Assembly (NCBI GenBank): GCA_964539005.1
Contig: CAZIGB010000002.1
Location: 3,024 to 38,652 of the forward strand
Direction: 5' to 3'
Length of the DNA: 35,629 bases
Source: an uncultured Gammaproteobacteria bacterium
GTDB lineage: Bacteria; Patescibacteriota; Patescibacteriia; Patescibacteriales; UBA12075
Below, in pieces: positions 1 to 9,349 of this stretch. Below the pieces are notes generated by a model. That model was given only the letters and a program-made list of their open reading frames with translations. It was not told the DNA's origin and searched no databases. Positions within the stretch are counted from its first letter, which is position 1; every line of letters starts with the position of its first letter. Both the position numbers and the translations under genes were made by a program.

Positions 1-619
1 TGTCGGGAAGCTTGTTCTCCGTTTTGTAGTCGGGGAAAACTTCTCCGAGAATACCACCTAGACGGACGAACTGTCTGGGTGGATTACCGATCGGCTTAAT
101 ACTTCTTTTTACGGAAATGCCGATCGGGATAAGAACCGCTTCTCTGAATTTCCTGTTGTCAACCGTTCTACGAGCAGTGAAAAAGCTCGAGAGAAATTCA
201 GGATAATCCAGTGAAAATTCCAGATATCCATCCGCCTCCGCCTTTATGATTGTCGGTGATTGATCGGCCAGATAGAATTTTTCTGAACGACCAGGAACTT
301 TGAGGCTGATGATATCACGGATCGGAATCTTCTTGGCGCTTTCCAGGGTCATAATCGTTTCGTCCCAGGTGAAGAAGGGGAGAAACACCTTAAAAAGGCT
401 TTCGTTCTGATCATCAATAATGATGATTTCGTTTTTCTTGACCGGGATCCTTTGATTTTGCATTTCGGCACTTCCGAGATACTTGTTGACAAAGATGTTT
501 ACCATTGCCTGATCACTGATTGCCGGTTTGGGGATGGGTTCGGGGTGGCGGGATTGCCAAAAATCATGAAAGAGAAAAAAGACGAAAACGGCTGCGAGAA
601 GGGAAAAGAAGACTTTCAT
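1..619 (-). CDS. hypothetical signal-anchored/secreted protein (3' end cut by window edge)
   Basis: Absent from the ORF track because it runs off the window. Reading the minus strand from the ATG at 619-617 (preceded by AGGAG: taggagtcgtcATG) gives an uninterrupted frame to position 1. It starts MKVFFSLLAAVFVFFLFHDFW, a hydrophobic signal or anchor. The start is 8 nt after the stop of the 628-2055 gene, so co-transcription is likely. Confidence 0.55.
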   Translation of the reverse strand, partial: MKVFFSLLAAVFVFFLFHDFWQSRHPEPIPKPAISDQAMVNIFVNKYLGSAEMQNQRIPVKKNEIIIIDDQNESLFKVFLPFFTWDETIMTLESAKKIPIRDIISLKVPGRSEKFYLADQSPTIIKAEADGYLEFSLDYPEFLSSFFTARRTVDNRKFREAVLIPIGISVKRSIKPIGNPPRQFVRLGGILGEVFPDYKTENKLPD

Positions 620-627
620 GACGACTC

Positions 628-2055
628 CTATTTTTTCAGGATGTTCTTTTTGATGAATTGCCAGATTTCTTTAAGCGAGAAGAAGAAGCCGGCGATGCTG
701 CTTGCATCGGTGCCTGAGCTTTTCTGGGTAAAGAAATCCATTACCTCGGTTCTAGACTTGTAGACGGTCAGAATCACGCAGAATGATATCCAGTTGTTTA
801 TACTGAGCGTGCCTACTTTTGCGAACAAGAGCTTGAACAAGTTCGTGACCCAAGCCAAGAAACTGGGATCAGGGCTATCAACTATCATTCCCATCTGAGT
901 AAACATTTCAACTGCTTCGGCACCCAGGGGGTGATCGTAGGCGGTACCATGGTAATCTACCAATGAAATCCTGCTCACCATGATCAAGATGATCATACCT
1001 ATTCCGAAAAGGACGGGCCATTTCGGATAAGGATTTTGGGGGTGGCTTTGCGATTTTTTACTTACTGGGTCTACCGGCTGGGTAAGTTCTTCGTAAATAT
1101 AAACCGGCAGGGAAAGGATAATTGCAATTGATGCAAAAGCCAATCCGTCGAGTAGAGCAAAAGCCAAAAGGGTAATGATAATGGGACCCCAAATTCCTCG
1201 TTTTCCGTCACTGTCAACCTTGTACCACATAACAAAGCCAAGGACCAAACAGGCAATGTATTTGCCGAACCAGCCTGTAAACTGGCAGAGAAGGTAAATA
1301 CTACCAAAGAGCAAAGTCGTGGTCAACACATAGCTTATCGCTTCTTTTCGGTTGTGTTTCCAGTTTTCACTCGAATTCAGGATTTTGGTGAATTCGCTTT
1401 GTTTTTTCCATCCAGGTACGGTTTTGATCAGTTTTTGGTCGACATTTCCGGTGCTGACCAAATATTCAAGCTCATCCCCCACCATTTTCCGAGAAATCGA
1501 GTCTTCGAACTCGAAGTGGCCATTGGCGTCGGTTCTTCCTTGGCCTTTGACCTCGTTGTTCAGAGACCAGCTCAGCGGGCAATGCGGGCGGGGCAGATCC
1601 GAAACGGTCAGGACTTTGGCTCTCATCTTAGCGACGTAGGCTTTGTTTCCTGGCTTGATCGTTCCGTCGAGCTCGATCTTGGCCGGATAGGGCAGATCGA
1701 TCGTTTTTTTGCCGCGCTTATCAGTGCCGCTGATTTCGGCCATGAATTCGGCCTTTTTACAGTAGGGGTCATAGCTGATATTCAAGCTGAGCGATGACTT
1801 GCCTTCGTTGTCGCTCCGACCAGCAGCAATAAATTCGCCGTCTTTGTAGAGCCTGAAAGGAGTGTTGGTCTTACTTTTGCCGTTTTTGTCATCGATTACC
1901 ACCAGTAGAGTGATACGATAAGCAGTAGGGGTAATTCTAATCGCGCCTACCTGGCAGATTTCGATCTTATCAGTTTTGGGCGGTGTTTTTTTCTGCTGGT
2001 TCGGCTGATTCTGCGGGGTTCCGGCTTGTCCTTGATTCTGATTTCCATTTGCCAT
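628..2055 (-). CDS. hypothetical multi-pass membrane protein with a soluble beta-rich N-terminal half
   Basis: 475-aa ORF with GGAGGA upstream of the ATG. It has a Q/N/P-rich N-terminus and then two segments with prealbumin/CarboxypepD_reg-like signatures (SDNEGKSSLSL, TDANGHFEFED). The C-terminal half holds about 6-7 hydrophobic helices. I recognise no family. Confidence 0.7.
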   Translation of the reverse strand: MANGNQNQGQAGTPQNQPNQQKKTPPKTDKIEICQVGAIRITPTAYRITLLVVIDDKNGKSKTNTPFRLYKDGEFIAAGRSDNEGKSSLSLNISYDPYCKKAEFMAEISGTDKRGKKTIDLPYPAKIELDGTIKPGNKAYVAKMRAKVLTVSDLPRPHCPLSWSLNNEVKGQGRTDANGHFEFEDSISRKMVGDELEYLVSTGNVDQKLIKTVPGWKKQSEFTKILNSSENWKHNRKEAISYVLTTTLLFGSIYLLCQFTGWFGKYIACLVLGFVMWYKVDSDGKRGIWGPIIITLLAFALLDGLAFASIAIILSLPVYIYEELTQPVDPVSKKSQSHPQNPYPKWPVLFGIGMIILIMVSRISLVDYHGTAYDHPLGAEAVEMFTQMGMIVDSPDPSFLAWVTNLFKLLFAKVGTLSINNWISFCVILTVYKSRTEVMDFFTQKSSGTDASSIAGFFFSLKEIWQFIKKNILKK

Positions 2056-2276
2056 TGTGTCCTCCTGGGTATTGTTTTTGTTAAATTGTCAAAGTCCGGT
2101 GAGGTAGCGCTTGGCGCATTTTGCCCTCATTATGAGCTTATTTTGTTTAAAATAAGCCTAAATATTGGCAAAGCTTGATTATTTTCTCGTTTAGGTCTAA
2201 ATGTTCAGGGTAATAGAGAATTATAGCATATTTTGACTTTTTCGTCAATGGCGAGCTTAATTTTTTACCCTAATAA

Positions 2277-2285
2277 TGCTATAAT
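2277..2285 (+). promoter_or_regulatory. extended -10 element TGCTATAAT upstream of the GH1 gene
   Basis: TGnTATAAT match 36 nt upstream of the ATG at 2322, with no convincing -35 box. Confidence 0.4.
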
Positions 2286-2321
2286 ATTACTAGGTAAAAA
2301 CAGTAACTAATATTAGCCAAT

Positions 2322-3614
2322 ATGACTAAAAAAATAGCTGATAACGGAGAAATGGAGTTGAGTGGATTCATAGAGCCGCCCTTGGTGCCCGAAGGTGATT
2401 ATTTTTTTCCAGAAACCTTTCTTTGGGGAAGCTCTAGCTCTGCTTATCAGGTAGAAGGAGGGATAAAGAATGACTGGAGCGAATGGGAAAAGAGTGAAGC
2501 GCGGCTAGCGGCCCTCGAGCGGGAAGGCAAAGACAAAGATGATTATATCTGCGGTCAGGCAGTGGATCATTATGAGCGAGCTTCAGCCGATATTGCCCTG
2601 GCCAAAGATCTGGGTAATAATGCGATCCGGATCGGCCTGGAATGGGCTAGAATCCAGCCCGCCGAAGACACCTGGGATGCGACCGCAATCAATCATTACC
2701 GCGAGCTTTTGCGCGAAGCCAAGGCCAAAGGACTGACTACTGCCGTTACGCTCTGGCATTGGACAAACCCGCTCTGGCTCACCGAGCAAGGTGGCTGGAC
2801 CAATAAGAAAGTGATCCAATATTTCGAAGCCTATACTGAGGTGATCATTCGTGAATTAGGGGCCGAGATCGATCTCTGGCTGACCTTGAATGAGCCCCTG
2901 GTCCACGTAAGCAATGGCTATCTCAAAGGCGAGTTTCCGCCGGCCAAACATAATCCTTATCTGGCAGAAAAGGTTTTTCGCCATCTCGGGCGAGCGCATA
3001 AGGCGGCTTACAAGCGTATCCATGCCCATTTCCCAAAAGCGCAAGTCTCAATTACCGGACTTATAAATCATTTCGAACCAGCTAGCGAATTCAATCTGAT
3101 CGAGCTAGCCATCGCCTCATTTTCCCATTATTTCTGGAACCACCGTTTCCTAGCCAAGATCCGCAAGCAGATGGATTTCATCGGGCTTGATTATTATTTC
3201 CATGACCGCATAGTCTGGTATCCACCCTTCCACAAAAACAAGAACGAGCGCGTGACTGATCTGAATTGGGAGATTTACCCAGAAGGAATCTTAGAAGTCT
3301 TGCGTTATCTCCAGGGATTCAAAAAGCCGATCTATATAATGGAGAACGGTCTGGCTGATAGCGAGGACAAATACCGAGCCAATTTTATCAAAGAACATCT
3401 GTATTATATCCATACCGCGATCAGCGAAGGGATTGATGTGTGCGGCTATTTCCATTGGTCATTACTGGATAATTTCGAATGGGCTAAGGGCTGGACGGCT
3501 AAATTCGGTCTTTATGAAGTGGATCGTCAGACCTTTGCTCGGATAGAAAGGCCGAGCGCAGCTGTTTATCGGCAAATCTGTCAGGCTAATGGTTTTAGAA
3601 TCTCGCAAGATTAG
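2322..3614 (+). CDS. glycoside hydrolase family 1 beta-glucosidase
   Basis: 430 aa. GH1 catalytic motifs are present: TLNEP (acid/base Glu) and the I/YxxENG nucleophile motif (YIMENGLAD). Also FLWGSSSSAYQVEG near the N-terminus and the WSLLDNFEW motif. Confidence 0.9.
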   Translation: MTKKIADNGEMELSGFIEPPLVPEGDYFFPETFLWGSSSSAYQVEGGIKNDWSEWEKSEARLAALEREGKDKDDYICGQAVDHYERASADIALAKDLGNNAIRIGLEWARIQPAEDTWDATAINHYRELLREAKAKGLTTAVTLWHWTNPLWLTEQGGWTNKKVIQYFEAYTEVIIRELGAEIDLWLTLNEPLVHVSNGYLKGEFPPAKHNPYLAEKVFRHLGRAHKAAYKRIHAHFPKAQVSITGLINHFEPASEFNLIELAIASFSHYFWNHRFLAKIRKQMDFIGLDYYFHDRIVWYPPFHKNKNERVTDLNWEIYPEGILEVLRYLQGFKKPIYIMENGLADSEDKYRANFIKEHLYYIHTAISEGIDVCGYFHWSLLDNFEWAKGWTAKFGLYEVDRQTFARIERPSAAVYRQICQANGFRISQD

Positions 3615-3657
3615 TTGTCTGTAATCAGGTGAGTCATTTTTTTTAAGCATCTTTACT

Positions 3658-4623
3658 ATGTGGCTTTTTGTTGCCCTAACGTCTTATTTTATCAATGCCG
3701 GAGTATATGTGGCAGACAAGTTTCTTCTTTCCAAGAAGATCCATTCTTCGGTTACATATGCTTTTTTTGTCGGGGTCTGGAGTATTTTTAATTTCCTAAT
3801 CTTGCCACTTGATCCTTGGGTGCCCAATTTGCGCGAGTTTGGTTTGGATATTTCTGCTGGTCTGCTTTTTCTTTTTACGCTCGTAATTTGGTACAAAGCC
3901 CTCCACCAATCAGAGGCGACCAGAGTGGTGCCGATTGTCGGAGCCTTGATCCCTATCTTCAGTTTTATGCTCTCTTATATCTTCCTGGGCGAGACACTCA
4001 ATCTGCAACAGTTCGTCGCTTTTGTAGTTCTTATATTTGGTGGTATTCTGATTTCGATCAAGCCCGCTCGTTTCCAGGTAATTCGCGAGGTATTAGATCG
4101 TTTTCGTAATGTTTTTGGAGATATTTTTGGCGGTATTCACGCTAGTTATCGTCCGACCAGACGCCTGATTTTTAACTCGGCTGCCTCGGCTCTGCTTTTT
4201 GCTTCGTATTATGTTTTGGTAAAATATATCTATACAACTCAGCCCTTTATCGGCGCCTTTGTTTGGTCGCGGCTTGGCACATTTATCGGTACCATGCTTA
4301 TCTTGTTTGTCCCGGAGTGGCGCCACTTGATAATCCGTCACCAGAAGGGCCAGAAATCTCCGGGCAATATGACCTTCTTTCTCTCGGTCCGCTTTTTGGC
4401 GGCCATTGCTTTTATAATGCTCAATTGGGCTATTTCTCTGGGTAATGTTGCGCTGATAAATTCGCTTCAAGGCGTCCAATATATGTTTCTCCTGGCGATC
4501 GTCCTTCTTCTTTCGAGCCGTTTTCCTAAAATAATGAAAGAGGAACTTTCTGCTGGAATCTTGACGCAGAAACTGATCGGAGCGAGCCTGGTTTGCGCCG
4601 GACTTTATCTGTTAGTCATTTAA
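3658..4623 (+). CDS. EamA/DMT-superfamily-like 10-TM membrane protein
   Basis: 321 aa in two halves of about 5 hydrophobic helices each, separated by a basic loop. This matches the drug/metabolite transporter duplication pattern. The call rests on topology only. Confidence 0.6.
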   Translation: MWLFVALTSYFINAGVYVADKFLLSKKIHSSVTYAFFVGVWSIFNFLILPLDPWVPNLREFGLDISAGLLFLFTLVIWYKALHQSEATRVVPIVGALIPIFSFMLSYIFLGETLNLQQFVAFVVLIFGGILISIKPARFQVIREVLDRFRNVFGDIFGGIHASYRPTRRLIFNSAASALLFASYYVLVKYIYTTQPFIGAFVWSRLGTFIGTMLILFVPEWRHLIIRHQKGQKSPGNMTFFLSVRFLAAIAFIMLNWAISLGNVALINSLQGVQYMFLLAIVLLLSSRFPKIMKEELSAGILTQKLIGASLVCAGLYLLVI

Positions 4624-4644
4624 ATTGTCTTTTTAACAAAGTCT

Positions 4645-6204
4645 ATGCTTACGTATATCTCGCTGTTATTTTTATTTTTTTACGGTGTTTTGGCAACTTG
4701 GCGGATAGATTGGGCTCTTGGGTTTTTGATTTTTTCTTTGCCTCTTTATGTTGTGCGCTTTTCTTTTTTTGGTTTGCCACTTACTCTGCTTGAGGGGATG
4801 ATCTTGATTTGTTTCGGAGTGTGGCTCATTAAGAATGGGAGAAAAATGAGTCAACGGATAAAAGCCCGGCTTATTTTTTGGAAACAGTCAGAGAGAGATC
4901 TTGCAAGCCCGAACTTTCGTTATCCTTTCGATGTTGAGATTATCCTAGTCTTGTTTGTCTCTTTTCTGGCTATGGCTGTGTCGGATTTTTCTAATCCGGC
5001 AATGGGTATCTGGAAGGCTTATTTTTTTGAACCTCTCCTGGTTTATATTCTTGTCTTTAATGTTTTTTTTGCTCCTAGCCAGGAAGAAAAAGCGGATATT
5101 GATTATTTGCATCGGTCTTGGGCAAAGATTATCTTGCCTCTGTCATTCTCCGCTTTGCTGATTTCTCTGTTTGCGATATACCAGAAAATTAGTGGTGACT
5201 TTATTCCGAATCCGCTCTGGGCAGCAGCTGGCACGCGACGCGTCACTTCCTTGTTTGCTTATCCGAATGCAGTCGGACTTTATCTCGGTCCGATCATTGT
5301 CCTGATGAGCGGATTTTTGCTCTCGATCGCGGCCAAGCACAGTCAGCGTTTTTGTGGTCGCGAGGCTTGTGAAACTTGGTCGCCCTTTTCTTTCTCTTGG
5401 TTTTTTGATTTGCCATTCTTCGAGAAGGCAATTATTGGTTTGCTAAAAATTAGCACTGTCTTTTCTCTTCTGGCAATCTATTTTGCTAAGTCTGATGGAG
5501 CTTTGATTGCAGTCGTCTTGGCTGTCGGGCTTATGGCCTTTTTCTATGAACCTCTGACACGGATCGGTATCATTCGTTTTATTTTGGCATTTATTATCGG
5601 GATATCGATAATATCTGCTCTCATACTGCCTTCGTTGCGACAAAGGGCCTGGGAGTATTTACGCTTGGAAGATTTTTCTGGCCAGGTCAGAAAAGCCCAA
5701 TGGCAAGAAACCGGCATTATGTTACGCGACGGTAATTGGCTCTGGGGAGCTGGTCTATCCGGCTATAGCACAGCGATCGAGCCTTATCATGCTCCAGGCA
5801 TATATCTGCATACGGATAATCCGGATCATGAAGAATTGATCGTGAGCTCGCCCGAGTATCAAGCCCGATATTGGCAGCCTTTGGAAATATTTATGTATCC
5901 TCATAATATCTTTTTAAATTTCTGGGTCGAGCTGGGTTTGATGGGGTTTTTGGTTTTTCTTTGGATAATATTCAAAGCGCTTTACCAGTCTTTTTTGGGC
6001 TTGTTCGGGGAAAAAGATCCAGCGCGCCGCAGCCTGGCAATTACTTTGCTGGCTACGATTTTCGTGATTCTGATTCATGGCATTGTCGATGTGCCATATT
6101 TTAAGAATGATCTTTCCGTTTTGTTCTGGTTGATTATTGCTTTGGTCGGATTATTAAGATTATCTTCTAATAGAAAGGGCAGAACAGGCAAGCAGGAGGT
6201 CTAG
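4645..6204 (+). CDS. O-antigen ligase-like (Wzy_C family) polytopic membrane protein
   Basis: 519 aa with more than 10 TM helices and a large loop. The motif YPHNIFLNFWVELGLMGFLVF is typical of O-antigen ligase/Wzy_C proteins. Confidence 0.7.
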   Translation: MLTYISLLFLFFYGVLATWRIDWALGFLIFSLPLYVVRFSFFGLPLTLLEGMILICFGVWLIKNGRKMSQRIKARLIFWKQSERDLASPNFRYPFDVEIILVLFVSFLAMAVSDFSNPAMGIWKAYFFEPLLVYILVFNVFFAPSQEEKADIDYLHRSWAKIILPLSFSALLISLFAIYQKISGDFIPNPLWAAAGTRRVTSLFAYPNAVGLYLGPIIVLMSGFLLSIAAKHSQRFCGREACETWSPFSFSWFFDLPFFEKAIIGLLKISTVFSLLAIYFAKSDGALIAVVLAVGLMAFFYEPLTRIGIIRFILAFIIGISIISALILPSLRQRAWEYLRLEDFSGQVRKAQWQETGIMLRDGNWLWGAGLSGYSTAIEPYHAPGIYLHTDNPDHEELIVSSPEYQARYWQPLEIFMYPHNIFLNFWVELGLMGFLVFLWIIFKALYQSFLGLFGEKDPARRSLAITLLATIFVILIHGIVDVPYFKNDLSVLFWLIIALVGLLRLSSNRKGRTGKQEV

Positions 6205-6235
6205 TCATAGAAGGACTAGGAATATTTAAAAAATA

Positions 6236-6262
6236 GACCGTCACTAGAGTGGCGGCCTTTTT
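6236..6262. terminator. hairpin plus T-run between convergent genes
   Basis: agaccgtcactagagtggcggcc followed by ttttt. It lies between the stop at 6204 (+) and the stop at 6275 (-). Confidence 0.45.
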
Positions 6263-6274
6263 GATTTCTGGAAG

Positions 6275-7339
6275 CTAATTTTTCTGGCGATTGTGTAGAG
6301 TGCAGCTATAGCAGTCTTTTTCTGTTTCGACTTTTTGGTTTGGGGCACACATGTGATTGCCAAAAATGATTTTGCGGCAATGATTATTTTTGTTCAATCG
6401 GTCGATGTCTGCTTGAGCTTCTATTAGCGAAAGATTGGAATAAAAACGCCTTTCGCAAGCGCTCGATGTTTCAATGATCGAGCTGATTTCTGGAAGATCA
6501 CGGATCATTATTAATTGAAAAATTTCGTGTTCAAGCCATTTTTGGGCAATCTGCTTGGCTGATCTGATCCCGTGATTTGATACTTTTAGTTTTTTGACAT
6601 CATGCGTGAGTGCTTTTAAGTCGATCTGACCACTGTCTGGTTTGCGATAGGGTAATTCTCTGCCTATTTTCCATTGAATAAAGCTTGATTCATCGCCGAA
6701 GGGAAGAATGTTGATGAGTTTTAGAGCATAGTTGGCGTACTTGTTTAAGAGGCAATGATAATAATCGTGCTCTTTCATGAGCTTACCGAGGGCATATTTA
6801 TCAATGCCAAGCTCAAAGGGGTCATCATTCCATTCCAGATAACGGATCATCTGCTTCAACTGTATCCACGAACCGAGCAAAGGAGCGTTTTGCTGGAATA
6901 TTATCCGGTTTGCGAGCCTCAAATAGTCTTCTAATCTTTGATCGTAGTGGCGATATTGCCAGAGGTAATAGGTAGTAGCGATAATTGCTTGTATTTGTTC
7001 CTGCTGGTATTTTGGGTTTGTACTGGCTTCGGAGAGATATATCTTGTCGTATAGGCTTTTCACTAGTTCATAGTCTAGAATATGGCCATTCTGACAGATT
7101 GTTCCAGGCTGGAGATCAGAACAGTGAGGGATAAAATGAAGGATATTGGCCAGGTAGGAATAGTCGAGATCAGGGGCGCCGAAGACAGAGATTAGCTCGA
7201 TTATTTCTGATCTTTTTGGTAATAAATGAGGAGTTGTTGATATCTTGGTTTCTGGGGAGTTAGGGCGCACATGGCCGCTTCGGTATTTATTTTTGAGTTC
7301 GAGTCTTCGTTCTTGGCGGTCTGGATCATTTTTGTTCAT
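6275..7339 (-). CDS. hypothetical protein with a C-terminal Cys/His cluster
   Basis: The ORF track gives 6275-7435. I prefer the internal ATG at 7339 because AGGAGAAAAATAAA precedes it (MNKNDPDRQERR...). The C-terminus is HCRKIIFGNHMCAPN...CYSCTLH, which looks zinc-binding. No family recognised. Confidence 0.6.
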   Translation of the reverse strand: MNKNDPDRQERRLELKNKYRSGHVRPNSPETKISTTPHLLPKRSEIIELISVFGAPDLDYSYLANILHFIPHCSDLQPGTICQNGHILDYELVKSLYDKIYLSEASTNPKYQQEQIQAIIATTYYLWQYRHYDQRLEDYLRLANRIIFQQNAPLLGSWIQLKQMIRYLEWNDDPFELGIDKYALGKLMKEHDYYHCLLNKYANYALKLINILPFGDESSFIQWKIGRELPYRKPDSGQIDLKALTHDVKKLKVSNHGIRSAKQIAQKWLEHEIFQLIMIRDLPEISSIIETSSACERRFYSNLSLIEAQADIDRLNKNNHCRKIIFGNHMCAPNQKVETEKDCYSCTLHNRQKN

Positions 7340-7514
7340 TTTATTTTTCTCCTGGATTTTGAAGGAACAAACGGTTATTTCTGAGATGTTTACATTTTTG
7401 TTTTTAGATGTCAAGGAGGCGCTTTGGGTGGACATTTTGTTTTGTGGCGCCCGCTTCCATAGTCGGGGATGAATGTGTTATAATAAGCAGGTAAGAATTT
7501 AGCATGTTGATATT

Positions 7515-8915
7515 ATGAGGAAAAAGCTTAAAATGCTTTCTTTGGTGCTTGTTTTTGTCCTTCTTTCAGGGGCAAGCTGTAAGGTTCAGGATAAGAGCGT
7601 GACTCAAAAAATGGAATCAGTCAAGCTGACTTATTGGCGGGTTTGGGATGGGCCGGATACTTTTAGCGCGATTATCAACAAATATCAGGAAAATCATCCT
7701 TTTGTAAAGATCGAATATAAGCTTTTGCGTTATGAAGAATATGAGCAGAAATTACTGGAAGCTTTTGCAAGCGATCGCGCTCCGGATATTTTTTCTATAC
7801 ACAATACTTGGACCAGGAAATATCATAATCGAGGTTGGCTGAAGGAAATGCCGGCCGAGACTACAATGGTCTATCCGGAAGTGAAAGGCTCGATCAAGAA
7901 AGAAATCGTTCCGACTTTACGCAAGAATCCGAGTCCTTCGCTCAATGAAATCCGAAGCCGATATGTCGATACGGTTTATGATGATGTAGTCATAAAAGGC
8001 AAAGACGGGAAGACGGGTGTCTATGGCCTGCCAATGGGGGTGGACACCTTGCTCATGTTTGTTAATCGGGATCTTTTCAATAATGCCGGCATCACCAGTA
8101 TTCCTGAGTATTGGAACAAGGAGTTCCAGCAAACAGTCCGCAGGCTAACCAAGATGGACAACAAGGGACAGATAATCCAATCGGGTGTAGCTCTCGGAGT
8201 GGGTGGGAATATCGATCGATCTAGCGATATATTGTCTATCCTCATGATGCAGAATGGGGCAGAAATGATGAACTTGGAAAATACGCTCGTCACTTTTAAT
8301 GCTCCCCCGATCGGTATCACGGATAAATCCAAGATACCAGGTGAAGACGCGCTACGCTTTTATAGCGATTTTGCTAATCCGGCTAAGGAAATCTACGCTT
8401 GGAACAATACTATGGATAATTCGCTTGATCTTTTTATCCGGGGCAAGCTGGCGATCATGTTCGGCTATAGCTATATGATGCCACAGATCAAGGCTGGTAA
8501 TCCAAAGATGAACCTGGTTATCAGTCGTCTGCCTCAGATCGAGGGTAATGACCCGGTTAATTTTGCGAATTATTGGGTGGAAACCGTGGCTTCAAAGAGC
8601 AAGCATCAGAATGAGGCTTGGGATTTTATCAAATTTGCGACCGCTGCTGAACAAGTCCCGAATTATCTGGAAGCCACCAAAAAATTGTCAGCCATTAGGA
8701 CCTTGGTCGAATATCAGAAGCAGGACTTAGAGGTCGGTCCTTATGCTGATCAGGTGCTTACAGCCAAGAGCTGGTACAAGGGTAATGATGCGGGGGCAGC
8801 GGAAAAAGCGATGCGTGATATGATGGATAGTGTTGCCAAGGGCGAGGTGGCTATCAAAGAGGCGATCGGCGCGGCCGTCTCCAAGGTGCAGCAGACGGTT
8901 GATGCTGAATTTTAG
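7515..8915 (+). CDS. ABC transporter extracellular solute-binding protein (family 1, sugar-type), probable lipoprotein
   Basis: 466 aa with a signal peptide ending LLSGASC (lipobox-like). The size and sequence style (WRVWDG.., PDIF.., YGLPMGVDTLLMFVNRDLF) are typical of SBP_bac_1 proteins. No permease or ATPase gene is adjacent. Confidence 0.8.
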   Translation: MRKKLKMLSLVLVFVLLSGASCKVQDKSVTQKMESVKLTYWRVWDGPDTFSAIINKYQENHPFVKIEYKLLRYEEYEQKLLEAFASDRAPDIFSIHNTWTRKYHNRGWLKEMPAETTMVYPEVKGSIKKEIVPTLRKNPSPSLNEIRSRYVDTVYDDVVIKGKDGKTGVYGLPMGVDTLLMFVNRDLFNNAGITSIPEYWNKEFQQTVRRLTKMDNKGQIIQSGVALGVGGNIDRSSDILSILMMQNGAEMMNLENTLVTFNAPPIGITDKSKIPGEDALRFYSDFANPAKEIYAWNNTMDNSLDLFIRGKLAIMFGYSYMMPQIKAGNPKMNLVISRLPQIEGNDPVNFANYWVETVASKSKHQNEAWDFIKFATAAEQVPNYLEATKKLSAIRTLVEYQKQDLEVGPYADQVLTAKSWYKGNDAGAAEKAMRDMMDSVAKGEVAIKEAIGAAVSKVQQTVDAEF

Positions 8916-8934
8916 GACTATTTTACCTTAATAT

Positions 8935-9339
8935 ATGATGAAGAGATTCAATTATATTGTCGGAACGATCGTGCTTGTTTTTGCTTTTGCCAAAGAAACA
9001 TTGGCCTGGGATGAGAACTTGCATCTGGTCCCTGATAAGGGCAAGGAGAATGGCGATTATCAGCTTAGTGATTTTGTCTTGGTCGCATTAACGGTAGCCA
9101 AGATGATTCTGGCTGTATCGGGCGCGATGGCGGTCCTTGCTTTTGTCTGGGGTGGTTTTATGTTTGTCTTTTCGGCTGGTAATAAGGAGCGAGTCGAAAA
9201 AGGGAAGACCTCACTTATTGGTGGAGTAATCGGACTGGCGATAGTGCTCCTAGCTTATACCGCGGTTGATTTTTTCCTCAAGAGTCTAGGCTGGACAGAT
9301 GGAAACGAAGATTTTGGCAAATGGAACGCGGTTGACTAA
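8935..9339 (+). CDS. TrbC/VirB2-like small pilin paralog (P0)
   Basis: 134 aa with a signal peptide (..KETLA/W), a variable segment, TM1, the loop WGGFMFVFSAGNKERVEKGK, then TM2 (IGGVIGLAIVLLAY). This is the same architecture as the 15.9-18.9 kb array. Confidence 0.75.
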   Translation: MMKRFNYIVGTIVLVFAFAKETLAWDENLHLVPDKGKENGDYQLSDFVLVALTVAKMILAVSGAMAVLAFVWGGFMFVFSAGNKERVEKGKTSLIGGVIGLAIVLLAYTAVDFFLKSLGWTDGNEDFGKWNAVD

Positions 9340-9349
9340 AGATTGGATT

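Noticed and set aside
452-763. 103-aa plus-strand ORF spanning the junction of the two leftmost genes.
   Set aside because: It overlaps two better-supported minus-strand genes, including their SD and start region, and it has no start context of its own.
1354-1797. 147-aa and 95-aa plus-strand ORFs inside the 628-2055 gene.
   Set aside because: They are antisense to a long ORF with coherent domain and TM organisation, and they have no independent support.
9299-9349. Longer start (9299) for the RodZ-like gene and longer starts for P2 (16439, TTG), P5 (17639), trmD (22532), the helicase (25952), DUF1190 (29419) and LemA-2 (31478).
   Set aside because: Each longer version overlaps the upstream gene or a terminator hairpin, or places the SD inside the coding sequence. 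The shorter starts give canonical N-termini or signal peptides and proper SD spacing.
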